Source of the DNA: Malacoraja senta
Lineage: Eukaryota
Assembly (NCBI GenBank): GCA_038087875.1
Contig: CM075999.1
Location: 434,001-498,000, forward strand
DNA length: 64,000 bases
Reading direction: 5' to 3'
Positions 11,101 through 23,100 of the stretch are shown piece after piece. The translations under genes and the position numbers were made by a program. Numbering within the stretch: position 1 is the stretch's first letter; each line of letters starts with the position of its first letter. Under the pieces are notes generated by a model. It searched no databases, was not told where the DNA came from, and saw nothing but the letters and a program-made list of their open reading frames with translations.

Positions 11101-14100
11101 CATCCGGGTACCAGGTACCAGAACATATGAGGTCGTGTTCTTCCAGTTTGAGTGTGGCCTCACTCTGGCAATGGATGAGGCCCAGGACAGACAGTTCGGT
11201 TTGGGAATGGAAAGGGGAGGTAAATTGTATTTGAACCGGGATTTCCAGCAGACATTGGCCAACTCTGCACGTGTTCGCCTAAAAAGTTACCTAGAAACTG
11301 TTTGGTCTTTCTGAGGTTTAGGACACCACATACGGTGGAGCAAATGCAGTAGGTGGTGTTAGTGACTGGTGGGGTGTAAACTACGGATGGGGGGAACTCT
11401 ATCTTTGCTCTGTCTGGGTGAGGGTGGTGTAAGAGCAGGTCCCTCACTTGGGTGAGGGATCCATCTGAGAGCCAAGGCTAATCTACATTTACACTAGAAA
11501 GAGGCATCTTGGATGTCCTGGAATGGGAAGTCACATCGTGGTTGAAGATGGGGCGGAGACGGACAAATTAAGAGTCAGATTTCTCTAACCATTGCTTAGA
11601 CACCAGTAATGAGCCACGGCAACATTTCAGCTGTGCTCTTGCTGGCACTGCAAACAACTTTGCACTAAATTATTTTACACTTATCACAAATCACTTTTGA
11701 TATTTCGCAGAGAGGAAATGGTTAACAACGTCAAAGTGACAGCTAAATGTTCATTCCAAAACGTGTCCACCATGGAACCCATCAACCGAGAAAAGATTTA
11801 CGCTGTATTTAGCGAGAAGACCAATGACATTTCCGCAATGGGGCCATACGTACTGCAAAGATACAGTCTCTATGTAAACGGTACTTATCAAAATCTCCTC
11901 GGTGTTCCTCTTCATATTGTACTTGTTCAATCTACAATAACTATTGATTTATAATCATGTTCTTTGGTATATACATATTTAGATCGGGGACAACCAGGTA
12001 TGATATCCTATGGGATCTGACAAAGCAAAATCATTCACAGTCTTGCTCTTCAGAGCCTGCCTTTGCACAAACACACTGCCACATTAGTATGACCCACTCA
12101 CAAAAGGGTTTTCTTCCTTATAAATATTCAAGGAGCAGGTAAAAAAAACTCCTCCATTAAAAGGTTACATGCTTTTTTAGAAGAAACAAAGTGCTAGAGT
12201 AACTCAGTGGGTCAGGCAGCATCACTGGAGAACGTGAATGGGTGACATTTCAGCCCGAGGTCCTTCTTCAGACTGATTGTGGGGTGGTGGGGGGAGAAGA
12301 AAGCTGTAAGAGAAGGGAGGCAGTACAAAGCATGTCAGTTAATAGGTGCACACGGGTGAGGTCGAGTTTAGATACGCAGAAGGTGGACAAAGGGTAGAGA
12401 TGAAAAAACATAAAGTGTGAGGGAAAAGGACTGAAGAGTTGCAAATTTGAAGTCAGAAAAAGGAACGTATATGGAGGACAAGGGGGAGGATGTTAATAGG
12501 TGTGTGCCCAGGTGGGACACAGTGTTGTTGTGGTTGGTGGGTTTTTAAAGTTTGCCTAAACTTGAACATTTAAAGTTCTACCTATATTTCTCTGTTTTCA
12601 GATTTCAATGTACAGCCCAATGTCAATGGTGAGTTTATATCAAATGCATCAAATAATTGACTCACGTTACATTTGTTCTTCTCCATCTGTTACTTAAACT
12701 GTAGAAATCCAGTCCTGGGAAACAGTTTAAAAATTATTTGAAAATTGTGGTACTCACACCATGCTAAATTGCTTACACTATTTCCACAGTTCCAGTTCCA
12801 ATCGAAGTAACAAAACCCATTAAATACAACGTGACTTTCATTGTTGACAATCTGCCTATTGAAGAAATTCAAGCAAAACCTTTAGAAACAGCAACCATGA
12901 TTGCAAATAAGGTGAGAGAGTTTACCCATTAGTGTTCTGCTGATATGGTACTTATTCATCCCCTTTTTAATGTCTCATTCTAACACAATTTTTCTTGCCC
13001 TCAGCTCACAGACCTGTTTGAGAGCAGCAGCATCAATGCAACATTCATAAAATGTGCCGTGAAATCATTCAGGTAACTTACAATATCTTTCTGATTAAAT
13101 CATGAAAATTGCATTCCTTTATCTCCAAATTGTTAATGCACAGTGATTCCAAATGGTAAAGATGATAATCTCATGAACACATTTCCTACAAATATCAGTG
13201 CAAAGTCAATATAAATTCTAATACAAAAATAAACGATGTGCTGGATCATCTCAGCAGGTCAGGCGGCAAATCAGGAGAACATAGCTTGGCAGAGTTTTGG
13301 TTCAGGCCCTTCTTGAGACTGATTGCAGTACGGGGAGAGAAAGCTGCAAGAGAGGTGGAAAGGGAATGACACAGTGTGGCAAGTGATAGGAGGATACAAG
13401 TGATGGGGAGGGAGCAGTTGATTGGCAAATGCTTGCTGAAAATCCAGAGATGAAAAGACAAAAGGTTCAATATAGGGAGTTAGGCATGGAAGTCAAAATA
13501 ATTATGAAGCCAGAGGAAGCAAAGTGGAATGGGAGAATGGGGAGTGGGGAGGGATGGAGGGGAGAGGGAAAATGGGTGCACATTCAGCTGTAGCGCAGGG
13601 AAGAGTGGGGAGAAATTGGGGGGGAGAGGGGGGGCATTTGTAGGTTAAAACGTTAAATTGAACAACTCATTGTTCATATAGTTACTTTGTAGGTTGTCAT
13701 GTAGAATTATTCACATTGTTAGGCTCCAAACCTACACATCAGATTATGAGTAAGAAAGAACTGCAGATGCTGGTAAAATCGAAGGTAGATACAAAATGCT
13801 GGAGTGACGCAGCAGGTGAGGCAGCATCTCTAGAGAGAAGGAATGGGTGACGTTTCAGGCCGAAACCCTTCGAAGAGTCTCGACCCAAGATGTCACCCAT
13901 TCCTTCTCTCCAGAGATACTGCCTCACCCGCTGAGTTACTCCAGCATTTTGTGTCTACATCTAATTATGAGGTGCTTTCCTCCAGCTTAAATGTGGTTCC
14001 CCTCTGGCTATCGATGAGGCTCGACACAGACACGTCATTATGGGAATGGGAAGGTTTGGGAGTTAAAATGTTTTGCAACCGGGAAATCGAGCAGACCTTG

Positions 14101-17100
14101 GTCAACGCTGCACCTGTTCGGAAAAAGAATGTCACCTAGACGATGTTTGGACTTACCGCTGTAAAGGAGACCACATCTAGAGCAGCAAATACAGGAGATG
14201 GGTTTAGAGACTGGTGTGTGAAATCTAAGAATGAGGGGTACTTTATCCTTGGTCACCGTGGGTGAGGGGGATGCAAGAGCAGCCAATCAGCCACAGCAAC
14301 ATTTCAGCTGTGCTCTTTCTAACATTGCAACTACTTTGCACTAAATTCGTTTTATAAATGTCTTTTGCTTTTTTGCAGAGAGGTAACGCACCAGAGCACC
14401 AGAGTGACAGCTGATTGTTCATTCCAAAACGTGTCCACCATGGAACCCATCAAGCGAGAAGTGGTTTATGAAGTAATTAGAGTGAAGACCCATAATATTA
14501 CCGCACTGGGACAATTCCCATTGCAAAGTGACAGCTGCTATGTAGAAGGTACTTATCAAAATAATCCTCAATCTTTTTCTATATATTCTACTTCACGCTA
14601 TATACTGTAGATGTTGACAGAGTCAAGTCCTTTGGTAATTGCATATTCAGATCCGGGAGGATCAGGTATGATGTCCGACGGGCTTTGGGAAAGTGAATCT
14701 TAAAGTCATTCATTAAAGTCATCCTCACACACAGGAGGGAGAAATAGATGCGAATCCAGTTGGGGCACAGGAGAGGGACGTGGGGTGGGGTGCGATTTGT
14801 TCGAGGTTACTTAAAATTGGAAAACTCAAAGTTCATCCTGTTGGTGTAAACTGCCTATGTTTGTTTCTTTGCTTCCAGGTTACACTGTGCCACCCGTTGT
14901 CATTGGTGAGTTTGGGCTTCCATTGAATTGTTTCGGGTTTCTTTGGTTATTCACTGCTTTCATGACACAGCCAGCACCCATATTCTGCAAGAATATTTGT
15001 TGAAACTCATGAAATGATGCCTTGCCCTTTGCTCACAAATACAATCTTGATTGAGAAATGAATTAATTGAAAACTTTCCTTGCTGTCGCAAGTTTTTTTT
15101 TAACAAAATCAATTTTGATACCGATTTCTCAGCCAAAGCTAGATACAATCCACCAATTTTCCAGTCGACATCTTGTGCTAAATTTCACTCAAATGTATCA
15201 AACAATTGCCTCAGATCACATTTGTTCTTTTTGATCTGTTGCTAAGCTGCAACAAATTCCATTACAGGGAAACAGTTGTTAAACTATTGAAATATCGTGG
15301 TACTTGCAGCATGCTAAATTACTTCCTCTATTTCCACAATTCCAGTCAAGGAATCAAAACCCACTACTTACAACGTGACGTTCATTGTTGACAGTCTGTC
15401 TATTGAAGAAATTCAAGCCAACCCCTCACAAACAGCAACCATGATTGCATCTGAGGTGAGAGAGTTTACAAGTTAGTTTACTGATGATGTTTTACTTCAT
15501 AGTACCCTTTATATTTCTCATTCTGACTCAATTATTGTTACTGCCTTCAGCTCACCGACCTGTTCGAAAATAGCAGTATCAATGCTACATTCTGGAGATG
15601 TGTTGTGGAATCCTTCAGGTAACTCAAAATAACATTCCTATTAAATGATAAATACCGGATCCTTTAATTTCCAATTGTTAACGCTTAATAATTCCACTTT
15701 GCAAACGCATGAATCTCATAAGTAAATTTCCCACAAATATCATGTAGAATAAATTCTACCAGAAAAAGACACAATGTATTGGAGTCTCCTGGTGAGTCAC
15801 GCAGCAAATCTGTAAAACCTGGCGAGGCACAGTTTTAGGTCAGGCCTTCCTCCAGACTTCGCAGTAGGGATGAGAAAGCTGGAAGAGGGGCGTGAAAGGG
15901 GTGACAAAGTGTAGCAAGTGATAAGAGGATTCAGGTGAGAGGGGTGGGGGATTTGATTGACAAATGGTTGAACAAAATCCGGAGATGAAAAATAAGAGGT
16001 TTAATAGAGACAGAAAGCTTTGAAGAGGCATAAGATATAAAGCTGGATGAAGGAAGAAAGTGGAAGGGGAGAACTAAAGGGTGGGATGCGGAGAGGAAAG
16101 GAAGAAATGGGTACACCTAGGGTGGAGACGCCAGGTGTAGCCGTGTGCGGAAGTGGCGTCAAAGGACGAGAAGCCGAAGCAAAGAAGTGGAAGCCAAATA
16201 ACCGAATGGAAATGAAGCCGAAATGCCAAATAGCCGAAAGCATACAAAGCTGAAACGCCAACTAACCAAAAGGATGGGACGCCTAAAAGCAAACTAACCG
16301 AAAGGGCGGGACGCCTAAAAGCCAACTAACCAAAAGGCTGCATCGCCTTAAAGCAAACTCACAGAATGTCCGCTACGCCAAAACACCACCTACCCGAAAG
16401 GCTGCGTCGCCTACAAGCCAACGAACTGAATGCCGCTCAACAGAAAAGTCAAATAATGGACATGACGTTGATGGGGGACGGGACCTGTCAGCGATTGGTC
16501 CAGACCCCCACATCCATCACATCACTGGCTGGTGGAGAAAGAGTGTGTGGGTCAATTAACCACACAAGCCATAGGTGAGTGGGCAATCTGAACCCAAGCA
16601 CCAAGTCGAAAGCGGCCGAATGTGCGCATCCCTCGGGTCAGCCCCCACTCTCCTACGCGCACAGCCGCCCTCCGCCTCGTCTCCCCTGTGCACCCGACCC
16701 CGCAGCCCGTCACAGTGCAGCCGCACGGGGGAAACGAGGCGGAGGGCGGCCGTGGCCGTGGTATTGTGGCGGTTGTTCTGAGCGATGCGCAACTCTGGTT
16801 GCTTACAACTTGGTGCTTGGGTTCAGATTGCCCAGTCACCTATGGCTTGTGTGGGAAAATGACCCCCACCCTCCCATCTCCACCGGCCAGTGATGTGATG
16901 GACGCTGGGGTCTGGACCAATCGCTGACAAGTCCCGCCCTCCAGCAACATCATGTCCGTTATTTGACTTTTCTGTTGAGCGGCATTCGGTTGGTTGGCTT
17001 GTAGGTGACGCAGCCTTTCGGGTAGGTGGCGTTTCGGTAGAGCGGCATTCAGTGAGTTTGCTTTCAGGCGACGCAGCCTTTCATTTAGTTGGATTTTAGG

Positions 17101-20100
17101 CGTCCCACCCTTTCGGTTAGTTTGCTTTTAGGTATCCCACCCTTTCGGTTAGTTGCCATTTCGGCTTCGTACGCTTTCGGCTATTTGGTGTTTCGGCTTT
17201 ATTTCCATTCGGTTATTTGGCTTCCACTTCTTTGCTTCGGCTTCTCGTTCTTCGACGCCGCATCCGGGTACCAGGTACCAGAACATATGAGGTCGTGTTC
17301 TTCCAGTTTGAGTGTGGCCTCACTCTGGCAATGGATGAGGCCCAGGACAGACAGTTCGGTTTGGGAATGGAAAGGGGAGGTAAATTGTATTTGAACCGGG
17401 ATTTCCAGCAGACATTGGCCAACTCTGCACGTGTTCGCCTAAAAAGTTACCTAGAAACTGTTTGGTCTTTCTGAGGTTTAGGACACCACATACGGTGGAG
17501 CAAATGCAGTAGGTGGTGTTAGTGACTGGTGGGGTGTAAACTACGGATGGGGGGAACTCTATCTTTGCTCTGTCTGGGTGAGGGTGGTGTAAGAGCAGGT
17601 CCCTCACTTGGGTGAGGGATCCATCTGAGAGCCAAGGCTAATCTACATTTACACTAGAAAGAGGCATCTTGGATGTCCTGGAATGGGAAGTCACATCGTG
17701 GTTGAAGATGGGGCGGAGACGGACAAATTAAGAGTCAGATTTCTCTAACCATTGCTTAGACACCAGTAATGAGCCACGGCAACATTTCAGCTGTGCTCTT
17801 GCTGGCACTGCAAACAACTTTGCACTAAATTATTTTACACTTATCACAAATCACTTTTGATATTTCGCAGAGAGGAAATGGTTAACAACGTCAAAGTGAC
17901 AGCTAAATGTTCATTCCAAAACGTGTCCACCATGGAACCCATCAACCGAGAAAAGATTTACGCTGTATTTAGCGAGAAGACCAATGACATTTCCGCAATG
18001 GGGCCATACGTACTGCAAAGATACAGTCTCTATGTAAACGGTACTTATCAAAATCTCCTCGGTGTTCCTCTTCATATTGTACTTGTTCAATCTACAATAA
18101 CTATTGATTTATAATCATGTTCTTTGGTATATACATATTTAGATCGGGGACAACCAGGTATGATATCCTATGGGATCTGACAAAGCAAAATCATTCACAG
18201 TCTTGCTCTTCAGAGCCTGCCTTTGCACAAACACACTGCCACATTAGTATGACCCACTCACAAAAGGGTTTTCTTCCTTATAAATATTCAAGGAGCAGGT
18301 AAAAAAAACTCCTCCATTAAAAGGTTACATGCTTTTTTAGAAGAAACAAAGTGCTAGAGTAACTCAGTGGGTCAGGCAGCATCACTGGAGAACGTGAATG
18401 GGTGACATTTCAGCCCGAGGTCCTTCTTCAGACTGATTGTGGGGTGGTGGGGGGAGAAGAAAGCTGTAAGAGAAGGGAGGCAGTACAAAGCATGTCAGTT
18501 AATAGGTGCACACGGGTGAGGTCGAGTTTAGATACGCAGAAGGTGGACAAAGGGTAGAGATGAAAAAACATAAAGTGTGAGGGAAAAGGACTGAAGAGTT
18601 GCAAATTTGAAGTCAGAAAAAGGAACGTATATGGAGGACAAGGGGGAGGATGTTAATAGGTGTGTGCCCAGGTGGGACACAGTGTTGTTGTGGTTGGTGG
18701 GTTTTTAAAGTTTGCCTAAACTTGAACATTTAAAGTTCTACCTATATTTCTCTGTTTGTTTTCAGATTTCAATGTACAGCCCAATGTCAATGGTGAGTTT
18801 ATATCAAATGCATCAAATAATTGACTCACGTTACATTTGTTCTTCTCCATCTGTTACTTAAACTGTAGAAATCCAGTCCTGGGAAACAGTTTAAAAATTA
18901 TTTGAAAATTGTGGTACTCACACCATGCTAAATTGCTTACACTATTTCCACAGTTCCAGTTCCAATCGAAGTAACAAAACCCATTAAATACAACGTGACT
19001 TTCATTGTTGACAATCTGCCTATTGAAGAAATTCAAGCAAAACCTTTAGAAACAGCAACCATGATTGCAAATAAGGTGAGAGAGTTTACCCATTAGTGTT
19101 CTGCTGATATGGTACTTATTCATCCCCTTTTTAATGTCTCATTCTAACACAATTTTTCTTGCCCTCAGCTCACAGACCTGTTTGAGAGCAGCAGCATCAA
19201 TGCAACATTCATAAAATGTGCCGTGAAATCATTCAGGTAACTTACAATATCTTTCTGATTAAATCATGAAAATTGCATTCCTTTATCTCCAAATTGTTAA
19301 TGCACAGTGATTCCAAATGGTAAAGATGATAATCTCATGAACACATTTCCTACAAATATCAGTGCAAAGTCAATATAAATTCTAATACAAAAATAAACGA
19401 TGTGCTGGATCATCTCAGCAGGTCAGGCGGCAAATCAGGAGAACATAGCTTGGCAGAGTTTTGGTTCAGGCCCTTCTTGAGACTGATTGCAGTACGGGGA
19501 GAGAAAGCTGCAAGAGAGGTGGAAAGGGAATGACACAGTGTGGCAAGTGATAGGAGGATACAAGTGATGGGGAGGGAGCAGTTGATTGGCAAATGCTTGC
19601 TGAAAATCCAGAGATGAAAAGACAAAAGGTTCAATATAGGGAGTTAGGCATGGAAGTCAAAATAATTATGAAGCCAGAGGAAGCAAAGTGGAATGGGAGA
19701 ATGGGGAGTGGGGAGGGATGGAGGGGAGAGGGAAAATGGGTGCACATTCAGCTGTAGCGCAGGGAAGAGTGGGGAGAAATTGGGGGGGAGAGGGGGGGCA
19801 TTTGTAGGTTAAAACGTTAAATTGAACAACTCATTGTTCATATAGTTACTTTGTAGGTTGTCATGTAGAATTATTCACATTGTTAGGCTCCAAACCTACA
19901 CATCAGATTATGAGTAAGAAAGAACTGCAGATGCTGGTAAAATCGAAGGTAGATACAAAATGCTGGAGTGACGCAGCAGGTGAGGCAGCATCTCTAGAGA
20001 GAAGGAATGGGTGACGTTTCAGGCCGAAACCCTTCGAAGAGTCTCGACCCAAGATGTCACCCATTCCTTCTCTCCAGAGATACTGCCTCACCCGCTGAGT

Positions 20101-23100
20101 TACTCCAGCATTTTGTGTCTACATCTAATTATGAGGTGCTTTCCTCCAGCTTAAATGTGGTTCCCCTCTGGCTATCGATGAGGCTCGACACAGACACGTC
20201 ATTATGGGAATGGGAAGGTTTGGGAGTTAAAATGTTTTGCAACCGGGAAATCGAGCAGACCTTGGTCAACGCTGCACCTGTTCGGAAAAAGAATGTCACC
20301 TAGACGATGTTTGGACTTACCGCTGTAAAGGAGACCACATCTAGAGCAGCAAATACAGGAGATGGGTTTAGAGACTGGTGTGTGAAATCTAAGAATGAGG
20401 GGTACTTTATCCTTGGTCACCGTGGGTGAGGGGGATGCAAGAGCAGCCAATCAGCCACAGCAACATTTCAGCTGTGCTCTTTCTAACATTGCAACTACTT
20501 TGCACTAAATTCGTTTTATAAATGTCTTTTGCTTTTTTGCAGAGAGGTAACGCACCAGAGCACCAGAGTGACAGCTGATTGTTCATTCCAAAACGTGTCC
20601 ACCATGGAACCCATCAAGCGAGAAGTGGTTTATGAAGTAATTAGAGTGAAGACCCATAATATTACCGCACTGGGACAATTCCCATTGCAAAGTGACAGCT
20701 GCTATGTAGAAGGTACTTATCAAAATAATCCTCAATCTTTTTCTATATATTCTACTTCACGCTATATACTGTAGATGTTGACAGAGTCAAGTCCTTTGGT
20801 AATTACATATTCAGATCCGGGAGGATCAGGTATGATGTCCGACGGGCTTTGGGAAAGTGAATCTTAAAGTCATTCATTAAAGTCATCCTCACACACAGGA
20901 GGGAGAAATAGATGCGAATCCAGTTGGGGCACAGGAGAGGGACGTGGGGTGGGGTGCGATTTGTTCGAGGTTACTTAAAATTGGAAAACTCAAAGTTCAT
21001 CCTGTTGGTGTAAACTGCCTATGTTTCTTTCTTTGCTTCCAGGTTACACTGTGCCACCCGTTGTCATTGGTGAGTTTGGGCTTCCATTGAATTGTTTCGG
21101 GTTTCTTTGGTTATTCACTGCTTTCATGACACATCCAGCACCCATATTCTGCAAGAATATTTGTTGAAACTCATGAAATGATGCCTTGCCCTTTGCTCAC
21201 AAATACAATCTTGATTGAGAAATGAATGAATTGAAAACTTTCCTTGCTGTTCGCAAGTTTTATTTGAACAAAAGCAATTTTGATACCGATTTCTCAGCCA
21301 AAGCTAGATACAATGCACAAATTTTCCAGTCGACATCTTGTGCTAAATTTCACTCAAATGTATCAAACAATTGCCTCAGATCACATATGTTCTTTTTGAT
21401 CTGTTGCTAAACTGCAACAAATTCCATTATAGGGAAACAGTTGTTAAACTATTGAAATATCGTGGTACTTGCAGCATGCTAAATTACTTCCTCTATTTCC
21501 ACAATTCCAGTCAAGGAATCAAAACCCACTACTTACAACGTGACGTTCATTGTTGACAGTCTGTCTATTGAAGAAATTCAAGCCAACCCCTCACAAACAG
21601 CAACCATGATTGCATCTGAGGTGAGAGAGTTTACAAGTTAGTTTATTGATGATGTTTTACTTCATCGTACCCTTTATATTTCTCATTCTGACTCAATTAT
21701 TGTTACTGCCTTCAGCTCACCGACCTGTTCGAAAATAGCAGTATCAATGCTACATTCTGGAGATGTGTTGTGGAATCCTTCAGGTAACTCAAAATAACAT
21801 TCCTATTAAATGATAAATACCGGATCCTTTAATTTCCAATTGTTAACGCTTAATAATTCCAATTTGCAAACGCATGAATTTCATAAGTAAATTTCCCACA
21901 AATATCATGTAGAATAAATTCTACCAGAAAAAGACACAATGTATTGGAGTCTCCTGGTGAGTCACGCAGCAAATCTGTAAAACCTGGCGAGGCACAGTTT
22001 TAGGTCAGGCCTTCCTCCAGACTTCGCAGTAGGGATGAGAAAGCTGGAAGAGGGGCGTGAAAGGGGTGACAAAGTGTAGCAAGTGATAAGAGGATTCAGG
22101 TGAGAGGGGTGGGGGATTTGATTGACAAATGGTTGAACAAAATCCGGAGATGAAAAATAAGAGGTTTAATAGAGACAGAAAGCTTTGAAGAGGCATAAGA
22201 TATAAAGCTGGATGAAGGAAGAAAGTGGAAGGGGAGAATTAAAGGGTGGGATGCGGAGAGGAAAGGAAGAAATGGGTACACCTAGGGTGGAGACGCCAGG
22301 TGTAGCCGTGTGCGGAAGTGGCATCAAAGGACGAGAAGCCGAAGCAAAGAAGTGGAAGCCAAATAACCGAATGGAAACAAAGCCGAAATGCCAAATAGCC
22401 GAAAGCGTACGAAGCTGCAACGCCAACTAACCAAAAGGATGGGACGCCTAAAAGCAAACTAACCGAAAGGGCGGGACGCCTAAAAGCCAACTAACCAAAA
22501 GGCTGCATCGCCTTAAAGCAAACTCACAGAATGGCCGCTCCGCCGAAACACCACCTACCCGAAAGGCTGCGTCGCCTACAAGCCAACGAACTGAATGCCG
22601 CTCAACATAAAAGTCAAATAATGGACATGACGTTGATGGGGGACGGGACCTGTCAGCGATTGGTCCAGACCCCCGCATCCATCACATCACTGGCCGGTGG
22701 GGAAGGAGGGTGAGGGTCAATTAACCACACAAGCCATAGGTGAGTGGGCAATCTGAACCCAAGCACCAAGTTGAAAGCGGTCGAATGTGCGCATCCCTCG
22801 GGTCAGCCCCCACTCTCCTATGCGCACAGCCGCCCTCCGCCTCGTGTCCCCTGTGCACCCGACCCACAGCCCGTCACAGTGCGGCCGCACGGGGGAAACG
22901 AGGCGGAGGGCGGCCGTGGCCGTGGTATTGTGGGGGTTGTTCTGAGCGATGCGCAGCTCTGGTTGCTTACAACTTGGTGCTTGGGTTCAGATTGCCCAGT
23001 CACCTATGGCTTGTGTGGGAAAATGACCCCCACCCTCCCGTCTCCACCGGCCAGTGATGTGATGGACGCTGGGGTCTGGACCAATCGCTGACAAGTCCCG

